From the IMG/VR virus record IMGVR_UViG_3300047321_000238, positions 1 to 64,000 of that record: a stretch of 64,000 bases of DNA; one strand, written 5' to 3'. A program made the position numbers and the translations under genes. Under the pieces are notes generated by a model that saw nothing but the letters and a program-made list of their open reading frames with translations, made no database searches and was not told where the DNA came from. The number at the start of each line of letters is the position of its first letter. The first letter of the stretch is position 1. Below are positions 1-12,300 of this stretch, piece after piece.

Positions 1-25
1 TTAGCTTCTTTGTAATTTCATTCAT
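1..25 (-). CDS. 5' end of next late gene (runs off the window)
   Basis: ATG (cat at 23-25) with AGGAGGA RBS at 32-38, overlapping the stop of the upstream giant gene. Confidence 0.55.
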
Positions 26-37
26 ACTATTTCCTCC

Positions 38-3000
38 TTAAAGTGCAGGTGATATCATAACTGTATAAGTGTTATCTCCCATAGAAGTATCCTCTTTATA
101 GTTAAATACTCTTGTTGGAGTCGATTGATCTTTAATAATTATTTCTTGCTCATCGTGTAATTTCTTTAATATATTACCAAAGCCATCGTATCCTTTAACC
201 TGTATAGTGAATGAATATCCTGTATTAGACCAAGAACTTTTTTCATTAAGTCTAGTAGCATTATGGATTATTATATTATGAGCATGTAGATTTTCTAATG
301 TACTAGTTTTAGCTAAAGCATCAGGTTGTAATTCTAAAGCAACACTTTGAACAATTAGTGTTAATACATGTCTTGCGTCAGGTCTTAAGAATGGTATATC
401 GTAAACAGGTAGTATGCCGTCTCCTTGCTCTATCTTCTTACATCTTACAGAAGATCCTTCAGTTCCTAAAGTTGCTGGAGCTACTTTCATTTCTATAGTT
501 CCTATTGCATTTCCTGAAGCATCTTTACTATTACTCTCTTGTTGAGCAGAGAATAGTAATACTTGTCTTGAATTATCTGATGGAGCATTTAATAATTGCA
601 TGTCGCCTTCTTGGAATATATAAACTAATTCTTTTTCTATTCTTGCATCTGTTGAAGGATCCGATACATCAAGGAAACAATTGTTTTTATATGCAACTCT
701 TCCTTCTTGACTTATTGGATTACCTACTCTAGGCACTAAGAATAATTGCTTGTAAGCATCCACAGAAGAGACTTCTTGTTTAACTACACTCTTTACCATC
801 TTGTTAGATAAATCAGCTTTCTCTGCATTAGTTGAACTAGTTGCACTTCCAAAAGCAGAATCTCTTTTATAACTATTAACTGTTTCTTTCATTTGAGTAG
901 TGTCAACCAAACATTCTAATACAAATGGATATACACTTCCGTATTTTCCATCGAAGAATTTAGCAGCCATATCTTCAATGAATCCAGGTTGGCTATAAGT
1001 AGGAGAATCAAATACACTACCTTTGTTACCATTTAATCCTGCAGTCATAACTAAGTTATTCTTCATAACAGGGAAGACTGTTAATACTTGAAGGTTCTTT
1101 AACTTTCTTTCAATATACTCTTGTGCATATTTAGTTAAAACAACTTGAGCAGCTAACCATATTAAGTTAGAAGACACTAAAGCTTTTAGGGCCCCTGCAC
1201 CTTTTCTAACAGTATTAACTTCTGCAAATGTTTTACCTAATGTTCCGAAATTCTCTAATGACACTGTTGAAGCTTCGAAGACAGTCTTATCAAGTGTTTT
1301 TAAACTCTTTAACAAGTCAGCCGTAGCACCTGCCTCTTCAGTAAAGTCATCTACATTGTTTGAAGCTACTATAAGATTAGCTATAGCTTCATCAAAGTTT
1401 GCACTTCCTGCTACTACCTTACTATCTTTTATAGTTTCCAAATAGTCCATTGCAGTTTTTAAAGCTCCTTCTTCTGCATACTTATCTTTTGGAACAGCTG
1501 CTATGATGTTTTGAATATACTCTGCGTCTATAGCTACGTTTCCCATTGTAGCTTTTGCTTTTCCAATTGATGCTATATATTCATCACATTTAGTAATTGC
1601 ATTTTCGATCTTTTGTTTTGCTTTTAAATCTAATCCATTTTGTAAAATACTTGTGTCCTTTAATGCTTCTTGTAATTGAGTCTTTAATACCATAGGATCT
1701 ATCTTACTTAAAGCAGCAGATTGACCTTGTATATCTTCAAAGAACTTAACTAAGTCTGTACTGCTTGCAAATGAATGACTTGTTGGCAAAGCTTTGTATG
1801 CTTTTTCTAAAGTACTTATAGAACTATAGATTAAGTAATCTGAAGCTGTAGCACTAAATGCTGAACCTAACTTTCCAAGTACTCCATCAGCAACTCCACT
1901 ATAAGTGGCTAACTCATCTGCTCCTGCCATAGTTTTTATGCTATTAACAATATTCTCACTGAACTTAACACCACTACTTACCGATTGAGCTGCAGAGAAA
2001 TATAATGATCTAGTTATATTTGCAAATCTAGCAGACAATGTTGCAACAGTTATGAAGTTTGCAATAACAGGTAAAGCTACTGCTTTAATAGTACTATGAG
2101 CTATCTTCTCATATTTGTCGTCAACTGCTACTACGCAATCAGGAGCAAGAGAAGTAGTAAATCCAGTATCTACTGAGAATGTTTGTACAACTGTTTCTAT
2201 TTCAAACATACCTTGCATATCTTGATAAGTGTCATAAACAAACATTTTGTCATATGGTTTAACTGCTGGATCTCCCATTACTATAAGTTCTCCAGTATAC
2301 ATATCTTTAACTGTATTCTTTAATCCATTAGCAGTAGCTCTCCATGCAGTCTTGTATCCTTCTTCAGTGAAAGTCTCTGTTAATTTACCAGCAACAGGAA
2401 TTGTAAAAGGTAAATCAAAACTTTTGTGTTCAAAGTTACAATTGATTGTTGTCATCTTTTGGTTTTCAGGATATATATCTATATCTAAATACATTGGCCC
2501 AACTGTTTGAGTTGAAGCTGATAGCCAGTCATCTCCTTTATATATTCCAACTGCTACTGTTCTAATTTCTTTATCTGAAGCAGCTATCTTATTTCCAATG
2601 ATATCTGTGTGTGAAGTATATATATGATATTGTTGGAATGGCTTTCTCTTTTCAACTATTTTGCCGTCTATTGTTTTAGCATAGTCATAAGCACAATAGT
2701 ATCTAGGAGCTCCATAGAATATTGAACTTCTTAAGTTAAATGGAACTACAGCGGCTATATGCTCTGGAGATACTGAAGCAGCTATTCCCATTAGGTCCCA
2801 ATAAGATTTTCCTCCTTCTAATCCGACCTTTATCTTAGGAGATGTTTCCATAGCCCATAAAGATTCATTACAACTAGTTTCACCAGATGTACCCCAAGAA
2901 GGTTTGTTTATAGCTTCGTAAATGTTTTGTTCCATTTCTCCATTAGTTAAGAATACTTCTTTATAATACTTATCTCCAAAGTGAACAATACCAAATGGAT

Positions 3001-6000
3001 TATCATTAAAGAATCTTGAGTTAGACCAGTCTTTAATTAAAGACTTGATCCATGTTCCACTTGATGTTAACGGATTGATAAGCAAATCTCTAGGAGTAGT
3101 ATGCTCATTGAACAATCCATAAAGTCCTCCAAGCATATTCTCAGTATATTTTAAGTCTGCTACAGTATCTGCATCAGCTGCATTAAACATATCTGGATTA
3201 GCAAGTTCTACTCCATCTCCTTGACAGATTACATTCATCATATCGCCTTCAGTTGCTACTTCAGCAACAGCTCCATTGAATAAGATTGGTAGTCTAGAGG
3301 CATCTCCTTCATAACCCATTCTTAAATGAACTCTTGCACCTGGTTTAAGCTTTGCTCTATTGAAGTCTCTTGCTTCTGTTCTTCTAGTAAATTCTTTAGT
3401 ATAGTAATCTCTAGGAGAGAATATACTATTCCAAGCATCTCTGAATGTGTATTGGTATTCATCTTTCATATCTTCATCTTCTGAAGTGAAAGTACCAAAC
3501 AAGTTAGTCATCATGATGTTTGCAGTATCTGCAGCTATCTTTCTAGACTTAACAACTTGGAATTCAGATATAGAAGAAGTATCATAGAAGTTATCTTGTA
3601 GATGCCACATACCTAAGTCTCTTCCTTCATCTATTAATAGCATATAATAAGTAGGGAATGCTCTTGCCATTCTACCTCTCATATCATGCATTACCATGTC
3701 ATAGAATGAATGCATTAAGTATATCTTAGGAATTTCTGCAGCTTTAAGATACATTCTTTGTGACTTATTTGCAGTACTATATTTCTTAAGTGGATCGATA
3801 CGTTTGTTCCATGCATTCTTATTATTGTATTCATCAAAGTCTAAATAAGAAAAGAATCTTCTCATAATTAAATCTGTTTTATTTAGCTTGTTGTAGTTCA
3901 AGTAAGATGCTTTCATACTTTCAATATAGTTACTATATTCAGATAAATTTCCTCCAACGATAGCTTCGTAAATAGGAGTATTAAATTCACCGATTGCTAG
4001 GGCCCCTAAAGTTGTAAACAATCCACATACTAAATTAATCTTAGTTATTGGAAGAGCTTCTTTAAGATCTTTTTTCATTTGCTCTAGCTTATCTTGTATT
4101 GCAGCATTTGCATCATCATCTTCTTTTCGAGTTTCAACTTCTCTTCTAAAAGTGTTTTCTTCACTTAAGAAACTTGCACCATATCCCATAATGCCTTTGC
4201 TTAAATTCCAGAATCCCATTAAAGGATTGTTAACAGATGACATTATACTATTTGCATCTTGTGCTGATTCAGAATTATCTCCATTTAATATGTCAGTTAC
4301 ATTTTTTAAATAATAGAATGATGCTGGTAGAAAACTTTGCTTGTCATCATCTAATAATTTGTAGAACCATACTAACATTATTCTATACATAGCTATACTT
4401 GCATATCCAAATGATTCAACTTGTTCTTTGTTATCCCAAGTTTCATCAGATATTCCTTTTATATATTCAGCTATTCTAGTTGCTTCTTGATCAGCTTTCA
4501 TTTCTCTAGAAGGATCTTTTTCTATTTCCTTTTTATAGAATATATTGTAGACACTTCTGTTGTAATAAGGATCTAAGAATCCATGTTCACCCGATAGTAT
4601 TGAAGATTTATATATAGCACCTAAATACTTAGGATCGTATTTCTTTATAGCAAATGGGCCATAAACCAAACCATTAGCTACTTCTTCATCAGTTTCAGCT
4701 ATTACATAATCAGACATACCTTGACCGTCACAAGTAGTTAAGATGTTTCTTGTATTGTATTTAGTTCCATCAGCTTTGATTGCTTGAACAGTACTTGTAC
4801 CTATCCATTCATCTATCTTCTTTGTTTTGTCATCTTTATCAAAATCTAAAACTGAAGCTCTTCCTGTAGCAGCACTTGATAATGCTGTTCTAAGTTTATG
4901 ATTCATAAAGTATGGTACAGAACTAGTAATAACATATTGATTCTCAGGATTAGTATTCTTGCTTATAGGAGTTCCGCTATCTAACTTATCTCCATTCACA
5001 GTGAATGCTTTGAATGCTTTATCTACAGGTCCTATTGCCAAGATGTCTTCTGTTATATAGTTTATTAAATTGTACATATCTTCTGGCATTATATTTTTAG
5101 AATCTCCAGTTGTAATAGGTTTATTTAATAGTCTCTTAATTAGTTTCTTTAAACCTTCGTTAGTTGTTTTGATAACATCGTCAACTGGTACATCTTTTCT
5201 AAGTGATCCGTCATCCATTACTTCAGTTGTATTACCACCAGATATTATATGACTTGCTTCATCATAAGGAATACTATCTTTTATAGAAACTTTAATTTGA
5301 TGATTGAAATCATAAGTTGAATAACTAGAAGCTTCAAGACTTTCTTGTAAGTCTAATATTATTTTAGTTTTTGCAACATTTTGTTTTTGCTTTGCAGATA
5401 CGTGATCTGTAATTTCCTTTGATGCATAAGGAGCAGAACCTGACAATGATTTTTCAGCATCATCATATACCTTTTGTATTTCTGCAGCATACGCTGATGA
5501 ACCTCCAAGATCTGTTATTAACTCTGTAACTTTTTCATCTCTAGTTAAATTTAATGACACTTGTGCTTCATCGCCATATAAGTCTCCTGAAATATCATGC
5601 ATTAGTTTATCATTAGCAGGATCACTAAAGAAGGTTACTATAGATTTTCTAAACATTTCAGAACTATAAGCATGTAGATATACAAAGTAGAAATCAGCAT
5701 CTGGAAATACTCTTCCTTGTTCATTTTTATATCTTATAAAGTAATAACCTAATCTCTCTAATTCACTTAAAGTAGGTAATTCTAAATCAGGATATAATTC
5801 AACTTTTGATAAAACATTTTGAAAGTCAAAGAAGTTCTTAGACAATATTGAATTGTCGTTGTTAGTATGAGATGTATCTACATCTATCTTCTTTAATGCT
5901 TCTCTGTTTCTAAGTGTTCTATCTACAGAAGTTAATCTTATAGATACTGAATATAATCCTGGAAAATTAGGAACTGTATTTATATCAACTGATTCAACTA

Positions 6001-9000
6001 TTACTTCATTGATACCAGCAAGTCTTGCCATTTCACAATCTATTCTAAGAGGAGAACATGTCATAATCTTTCTATAATTGATTAATCTATCTACGCAGTT
6101 TCTAGGTAAAGATTGAAGATTAGAAATAGTAGTCTTATCTTTAGTCTTTATATTTATTTCAATAGAAGTATCAGATGCTCCGATATATTGAGACACATAA
6201 CCATCCATAGAAGTTAAAGACATTTTATTAAAGTTATTGTTATATATAATCGAAACATTTTCTACTATGCAATTCTCTATTGGATATGGATCGAATAACA
6301 TAGACTTAGAAGTTTCTAAATCCATAGAATCTTTCATTGCAGCTAATGCTTGATTTTGTTGGAATAATTCATCTCCAGTTAATAGCGTATCTGTTAACAC
6401 GTTTCCTTTTTCATCAGTTATAAGGCCATAGTCATTAGCTATACTATCTAATAGATTTGTATCAGCATCAATATAAGTATAAGTGTCAAAAGATCCTGGA
6501 GCAACTATATTAAATGCCCCTGTTAGACTATATTGTACGGTTGTAGTTTTACTATCTGATTTTGTAGTTTTAGTATCTTTATATACTAAACCAACAGAAA
6601 ACCCAACAGTGAAAGCATCGTCTACTAATAATGTATCTGTAGATATAGCAAAACTTTTAGCATATTCTTGTTTTACTTTTCTTAATATATCTGGACTGCA
6701 TTTTGACCAATCGATGATTAGTTTTAAACCAAGCATTAAATTAATAGCCGTATCTGAATTTAATACTTTAGATTCTCTAATAACTATTCCATAATCTTTA
6801 ATTATAGAAGTATCAAAAGTTGTTTTATCTTCAAAGATCTTTTTTAAGTTATTTTCTAAAGGAGCTAAGTACTTATTAAAGAAAGCTGTAGGACTTATCC
6901 CATCAAAGTAAAATCCTTTTTCTCCCTTATATGATTTTGAATCATACTCTCCAGCTATATAATTATCAAAGTTATAATCAGCTATATCTCTTTCAAGATA
7001 AGGTGAATAATAATCTGTATCTGCATTATAAACTGCATTTATTTTCTTTATATCATCGTTAGCTACAGCTAATGTTTTTACAACTGCGGAATTCATTTTA
7101 GCAATCTTAGCTAAGAATGCTTTTTCATCAGCAGTATAAGTTACTACAGTTTCAAAAGGTTTCTTTTCTAAAGCTTCTTTTAATTGCTTTCTCATTTTTA
7201 AATGTTCTTCATTAGCAATATAGAAATCTATTAATGGACTCTTAAACTTCATTGGTTGAAGTACTGTCTTTTGTCCTAAAGTAGCTTCTAAATATGGCTC
7301 AGAGTTATAGTCAAGTAAAATAGCAGCTTCTCCATTTTGAATAGCTCTTTGATAGTAGTATCTCATAACTGGAAAATGAATTGTTTGTGCAAACAAATTC
7401 GTAGTTAAGTCTTCTTTTTTATCAATGTTTGGAGGTAGTATTTCTGGCATGAATTGTCTATATTCAAAGTCTTGTAATCTAATAGTAGCTTGAATAGTTC
7501 TTGGAAAATTAGGTACAGTACTTATTTGTATGCTACTTAAACTTACCGCTTCTATATTTAATACTTGGTTTATATAGTTATTTGTAATTGGTAAGTAAGG
7601 AGTGAATTTAAATTGAGCTATTAATGCTCTTAATCCATTCATATAATACTTCATAGTTTCTCCAGTAGGAAGTGTTTCTTCATAAGGAACTCCATTGATT
7701 CCTGCATCACCATTAAAGTATAATTGCATTTCTATTATTCTTTCTGACTTTGGAATAGTCTTAGTTATAGCACCCTTTGCTCTAATCAAAGATGTTCTTT
7801 GAGAATTAGTTTGAGAAACTAATCTAATTGAAGTTGGAGGCACCATTAACAAACAGTCACCTATAAGTGCTGTGTATTCTTTTAAGCAACTCATATCTGA
7901 ACCTGTAATTGCCCTTTGTATCTTTTCTCTATCGTCTCCTCCATGTTCGCTATGAAAGTCATTAAACTCATCTACATATATTTGAGCATTCTTATCATAA
8001 GACCACATTTTAAATGCACCAGAGTTATAATTGAAGTTAGATTCATTTGCAGGAGAACTACTATAAGAAGGTAGAATTACATACTCATTAAATTGACTAG
8101 CTAAAAACTTAGCCACATTAATCCATAATCCACTTCCATATTTAGGATCATCAGATTTAATATACATAGCACCAAGTCCACGCCTATTAAAGTCTTGTCC
8201 AAAGTAATCGTAACCTAATCTAGTATAAGCCTTACCTTGTGTATTTGTAGCTTGATTGTACAAATATTCAAGAGCGAAAGATGGATCGTCAGACATTCTA
8301 ATTGCATCACCTCTATACTCTTCAGGTACAGCATCTTTTTGTTGCTTAAAGGTTGTCCCATCTAATACAAAAAGCATAGCAGTAGCACCCTTAATCATAT
8401 CTTCAAGCATTGCTTTCGCGTCTAAAGATTGTTTGTGATAATCTTGATCTCTATCTTTTCCATCAGCTGGTTCATCTAAGAAACAAATAGCATATATAGG
8501 CAGAGGAATTTTATTTCCATTATCATATGTTTCATCTAGCTCTACATCTTTCTCTATTATTTCATAATAAACTTCTTTATCTCCAGAATTAATTACTAAA
8601 AAAGTAACATATTTATCGTCTTTTCTTACGTTTGCATATTCTAAATCGACAACACCTGTCTTTTTATCTATTATAGGAGTATAGTCAAAATAAACAAAAG
8701 AAAAATTAGCTCTATCTAATGTTTTATATTTATTAAGGATAGTACCTGCAGTATCACTGAATATTTTATCATCAGGATTATTATATGTCGTTATATTAGT
8801 ATTTGACATTAAATCACCAAATTTAGCATATATTATCTTAGGTTCTGCAGGTACATAAGTAACACGGCAATGAGGGATTTCGGGTGCATTTACACCCAAT
8901 ATTCTTATACCAAGTTTATCAACAGTAGTCGATAAACCCATAGTATTATATAAGAAATTTTTAACAGTAGGATATTCTAATCCGTCTCCTGCAAAGATAA

Positions 9001-9283
9001 AAGGTCTACCTCCATCTTCCATATAATCATATTTTGTACCTACTGTATCTCCATCTGTTACAGTAACTTTACTTGAAGAAATAACAAATACGTTTTCTGC
9101 TTCATGATAACCTAATTGTTCTGAGAATGGATTCTCTAAGAAATATTGTCCACCATCTTTTCCGTCTAACATTTTCTTAGCGATATCTATAATCATGTCA
9201 TTATCTAAGTACTCTGACATGTCAGGAGTCTTTGTCCAATTTTCATTTATTATAGATTCTGTTTTCGTTTTAACATCTGCCAT
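38..9283 (-). CDS. Giant virion protein (3081 aa): N-terminal thermonuclease (SNase)-like domain plus baseplate-hub (gp27/Mu gp44-like) region
   Basis: SNase motifs VTDGDTV, IRILGVNAPEI and DFNRRGLG; hub-like segment GELIVMGDPAVKPYDKMFVYD...GMFEIETVVQTFSVDTGFTTSL; located in the tail module; GGAGG RBS. Confidence 0.6.
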   Translation of the reverse strand: MADVKTKTESIINENWTKTPDMSEYLDNDMIIDIAKKMLDGKDGGQYFLENPFSEQLGYHEAENVFVISSSKVTVTDGDTVGTKYDYMEDGGRPFIFAGDGLEYPTVKNFLYNTMGLSTTVDKLGIRILGVNAPEIPHCRVTYVPAEPKIIYAKFGDLMSNTNITTYNNPDDKIFSDTAGTILNKYKTLDRANFSFVYFDYTPIIDKKTGVVDLEYANVRKDDKYVTFLVINSGDKEVYYEIIEKDVELDETYDNGNKIPLPIYAICFLDEPADGKDRDQDYHKQSLDAKAMLEDMIKGATAMLFVLDGTTFKQQKDAVPEEYRGDAIRMSDDPSFALEYLYNQATNTQGKAYTRLGYDYFGQDFNRRGLGAMYIKSDDPKYGSGLWINVAKFLASQFNEYVILPSYSSSPANESNFNYNSGAFKMWSYDKNAQIYVDEFNDFHSEHGGDDREKIQRAITGSDMSCLKEYTALIGDCLLMVPPTSIRLVSQTNSQRTSLIRAKGAITKTIPKSERIIEMQLYFNGDAGINGVPYEETLPTGETMKYYMNGLRALIAQFKFTPYLPITNNYINQVLNIEAVSLSSIQISTVPNFPRTIQATIRLQDFEYRQFMPEILPPNIDKKEDLTTNLFAQTIHFPVMRYYYQRAIQNGEAAILLDYNSEPYLEATLGQKTVLQPMKFKSPLIDFYIANEEHLKMRKQLKEALEKKPFETVVTYTADEKAFLAKIAKMNSAVVKTLAVANDDIKKINAVYNADTDYYSPYLERDIADYNFDNYIAGEYDSKSYKGEKGFYFDGISPTAFFNKYLAPLENNLKKIFEDKTTFDTSIIKDYGIVIRESKVLNSDTAINLMLGLKLIIDWSKCSPDILRKVKQEYAKSFAISTDTLLVDDAFTVGFSVGLVYKDTKTTKSDSKTTTVQYSLTGAFNIVAPGSFDTYTYIDADTNLLDSIANDYGLITDEKGNVLTDTLLTGDELFQQNQALAAMKDSMDLETSKSMLFDPYPIENCIVENVSIIYNNNFNKMSLTSMDGYVSQYIGASDTSIEINIKTKDKTTISNLQSLPRNCVDRLINYRKIMTCSPLRIDCEMARLAGINEVIVESVDINTVPNFPGLYSVSIRLTSVDRTLRNREALKKIDVDTSHTNNDNSILSKNFFDFQNVLSKVELYPDLELPTLSELERLGYYFIRYKNEQGRVFPDADFYFVYLHAYSSEMFRKSIVTFFSDPANDKLMHDISGDLYGDEAQVSLNLTRDEKVTELITDLGGSSAYAAEIQKVYDDAEKSLSGSAPYASKEITDHVSAKQKQNVAKTKIILDLQESLEASSYSTYDFNHQIKVSIKDSIPYDEASHIISGGNTTEVMDDGSLRKDVPVDDVIKTTNEGLKKLIKRLLNKPITTGDSKNIMPEDMYNLINYITEDILAIGPVDKAFKAFTVNGDKLDSGTPISKNTNPENQYVITSSVPYFMNHKLRTALSSAATGRASVLDFDKDDKTKKIDEWIGTSTVQAIKADGTKYNTRNILTTCDGQGMSDYVIAETDEEVANGLVYGPFAIKKYDPKYLGAIYKSSILSGEHGFLDPYYNRSVYNIFYKKEIEKDPSREMKADQEATRIAEYIKGISDETWDNKEQVESFGYASIAMYRIMLVWFYKLLDDDKQSFLPASFYYLKNVTDILNGDNSESAQDANSIMSSVNNPLMGFWNLSKGIMGYGASFLSEENTFRREVETRKEDDDANAAIQDKLEQMKKDLKEALPITKINLVCGLFTTLGALAIGEFNTPIYEAIVGGNLSEYSNYIESMKASYLNYNKLNKTDLIMRRFFSYLDFDEYNNKNAWNKRIDPLKKYSTANKSQRMYLKAAEIPKIYLMHSFYDMVMHDMRGRMARAFPTYYMLLIDEGRDLGMWHLQDNFYDTSSISEFQVVKSRKIAADTANIMMTNLFGTFTSEDEDMKDEYQYTFRDAWNSIFSPRDYYTKEFTRRTEARDFNRAKLKPGARVHLRMGYEGDASRLPILFNGAVAEVATEGDMMNVICQGDGVELANPDMFNAADADTVADLKYTENMLGGLYGLFNEHTTPRDLLINPLTSSGTWIKSLIKDWSNSRFFNDNPFGIVHFGDKYYKEVFLTNGEMEQNIYEAINKPSWGTSGETSCNESLWAMETSPKIKVGLEGGKSYWDLMGIAASVSPEHIAAVVPFNLRSSIFYGAPRYYCAYDYAKTIDGKIVEKRKPFQQYHIYTSHTDIIGNKIAASDKEIRTVAVGIYKGDDWLSASTQTVGPMYLDIDIYPENQKMTTINCNFEHKSFDLPFTIPVAGKLTETFTEEGYKTAWRATANGLKNTVKDMYTGELIVMGDPAVKPYDKMFVYDTYQDMQGMFEIETVVQTFSVDTGFTTSLAPDCVVAVDDKYEKIAHSTIKAVALPVIANFITVATLSARFANITRSLYFSAAQSVSSGVKFSENIVNSIKTMAGADELATYSGVADGVLGKLGSAFSATASDYLIYSSISTLEKAYKALPTSHSFASSTDLVKFFEDIQGQSAALSKIDPMVLKTQLQEALKDTSILQNGLDLKAKQKIENAITKCDEYIASIGKAKATMGNVAIDAEYIQNIIAAVPKDKYAEEGALKTAMDYLETIKDSKVVAGSANFDEAIANLIVASNNVDDFTEEAGATADLLKSLKTLDKTVFEASTVSLENFGTLGKTFAEVNTVRKGAGALKALVSSNLIWLAAQVVLTKYAQEYIERKLKNLQVLTVFPVMKNNLVMTAGLNGNKGSVFDSPTYSQPGFIEDMAAKFFDGKYGSVYPFVLECLVDTTQMKETVNSYKRDSAFGSATSSTNAEKADLSNKMVKSVVKQEVSSVDAYKQLFLVPRVGNPISQEGRVAYKNNCFLDVSDPSTDARIEKELVYIFQEGDMQLLNAPSDNSRQVLLFSAQQESNSKDASGNAIGTIEMKVAPATLGTEGSSVRCKKIEQGDGILPVYDIPFLRPDARHVLTLIVQSVALELQPDALAKTSTLENLHAHNIIIHNATRLNEKSSWSNTGYSFTIQVKGYDGFGNILKKLHDEQEIIIKDQSTPTRVFNYKEDTSMGDNTYTVMISPAL

Positions 9284-9326
9284 TTAAATATCCTCCCCTT
9301 ATGTTTTATGTATTTAAGATGCTCCA

Positions 9327-12300
9327 TTACAGAGCATCTTTTATAGCTTTCTGAATATCTCTATCATTAATATTACCGTAGTTATCATTGATATTCATGC
9401 TTATATTTACAGAAGATGAAGTTCCGCTAGATATTGCTTGTTGAATAGCAGATATCGCATGGTTCTTACCTTTATCTGATCTAGCATTAATATTAACAAC
9501 ATAACCTTGTTGGCCTCCCATACTAGATGGCATCATACCTTGATCCATTAATCCTTGTTGTGGTTGTTGATAATCATTAGCTTCTTCCATAGCTTGAGTA
9601 TCTGCAGGTCTTGGTCTTCCTCCTACATATCCTAACATCATAACTCCTGCAGCAATTCCTACTGCACCCATTGCTATCTTGCTACCTTTAGCAGCTTTAA
9701 ACAAATCTGCAGCACCTTCAACAATTTTTCTACCGATACCTTTTGCTTCATCACCAAGTTCTTCTTCAGCTCCAGTTACGACTTTATCTATAATGTTTGG
9801 TCCTCCCATTATAGAATTTTTAGCTACATCGTTCATATCTAAGAATTTAAATATATCACTAATATCTGAATCAGATTTCTTCATAATATTAATATATGAG
9901 TCTTGAACGTTTGGAAGATTAGCTGATGATACAGGTCTAGTAATTGCTCCAGTAACACCTGCCATAGATTGTCCTACAGAAGAGTACTTTAAAAAATCTC
10001 CTGTATGTGCAACATCTTTCAAAGAACCTATTGTGTTTACAAAATCTCTTACCATTCTAGATTGTAACTTCTCTTTATTTTCCTTACTTTCCATCATAGT
10101 AGAGAAAGCTTGTTTAGTCAATGATTTTCCGCCATTTAATTCCTCAGCGGCTATATTTTGGAACGTCTTAGATTTATTCCAATAGTAATCATGGTCTACA
10201 TCCTCTACAACATATTTTTTAGACCATGCTTTCATGTCTTCTAAATGTTGATTCATATCTCCTTTTTTTCTAATGAAATTTTCAACACTATTGTTCCATT
10301 GTTTAGCTTTGTCTGGATCAAGTCCTTTAATAGAAGACTTAGAAGAGATAGCAGCTTCTTCTGTTAAATACATCATGTTATATAACAATGATGATTTGTA
10401 ATTATAATCTTCAGAAGTTTTATCCAACGCTGTCATTGCAATGTTCTTAACTTTATAGTTAGTTACATTTGTTTCACCGATACCATTTTTAGCAGCCTTA
10501 GCTACAAACTCATCTTTGTTTTGTTGATAAGCAGTTGCTATACGATATTCATCTACAGCATTCTTATAACCTGCATGGTCATCTTTAAACTGTTCTTTAA
10601 ATTTATCAATTACTACTTGATGACTTCCAGTATCCATTGCTAATTTAACATTATTAGAATGTTTAATTAACATCTTTTCCATATCTGAAAGAGAATAGTT
10701 TTTTGTATCCATCATAGCACTATAGACTTTTCCATCTATAATTCTTTGACTTGCAATATCTTCAATTCTATTTCCAGCTGTTGCAATTCCTTGTTCTTTT
10801 GCAACTCTATCTCTTACTTTTTGATCCCAATGGTGATTTTCATTAACAGCTCTTGTCATTAACATATCTTCTTGAGATTGTATGAATTCACTTTTTGAAG
10901 TATTTCCGTTATATACATAATTAGAATAAGACTTTCCATTATTATCAGTTATTCTAGCTATCGCAAAATTATCTCCATCATGGTCCATCTTCATAGAAGC
11001 TCCAGTATGACCTAATGCTTTTAACTGATTGCCTCTAAGAGTTGTATCTAGATATCCCATAACAACTTTATCTGAAGATTCTTGGTTACGAGGGAATCTA
11101 GTAGCTAAGAAAGTATCTCCATTAGTAGATAAATGTTTGACCATTTTCTCTTTAGCATCTGTTGCATTTACGAAATCTTTACCAAGAAATTCTTTCATAA
11201 AATCTTCTTTAAAGTATCCCATCTTTTCGAATGCTTCATGAGATGCACTTACCGCATCAATTAATTGACCTTTTGAATAACGTTTAAGTAACGTCTCTCC
11301 ATCGAACATAGCAGTATCTAAAAATGTTTTACCATTTAGATTCTTTAAGTTTTCATAAGTATCTTCACCTAAAGCCAGGTTCGTATTTATAGTTAAACTC
11401 GAAGCTTTACCAAAAACTGATTGAGAAAGTCTAGTAGATATTAAATCACCAGCTAAACCGTTTTTACTTGTTACATCATGCTTTTGCATTTCTTTGATTT
11501 CGCCAACAAGCTTTCTAGCATAATTTTGTTCACGAATTAAGTCATCTGAACCTTCTTTAAGATTTCCGCTATTAATTCTTTGTAATGAACTTTGTAAACT
11601 ACCTAATGATTTAATATGGTTAGTCTTAATTAAACTATCTTCAAAATGACGTTCTGGCATTCTAGCTATAGCTAAATGTTCTTCATTCCCACCTAATCCA
11701 GTCTTTATCATAATGTTATGACTATAAGGATTATTAGCTGCAGAAACTATAGTATTTCCTTGACCACCTATATCTAAATCTAACCAACCAGCTTCATGAG
11801 GTTTTAAGTTACTTAGATCAACTTCTTTAAAAGCATTGTATGCATTTTTGTTATTTGATACTAAAGCATCATATTTATCTTGTGAATAAACTTTAGAATT
11901 GAAGTCTAAAGCTCTAACTCCTTGTTGATAAGAATAAAGCTTTTCTGCTTTTTCTACAGATATCTCATGAGTTGAATCTTTATAGCTTTCTAACAAATGC
12001 TTATGAGTACGTTTATCTTTTCCTTTAAGGTCAGATAATCTTGTTTCTCCATATCCTATTAAAGTTCTACCTCTTAGTATTGAAGTAACTGGATCTAACA
12101 TACTTTTATTTAAATACTTTTCAGATATCTCTCCACTTTCATTTAAAGCATGCCCAAAGTATTTGTTGAATTCTGTAGGATTCATTCTTTCACGAGCTAA
12201 AGCCATTGAATCATTGTTATAGAATTCCTTTTGTAAATTCAAGTTCATTCTATTATCAAACTTTAAACCTTTTTGATTAGCTATGCCTTCAATTTGATTG

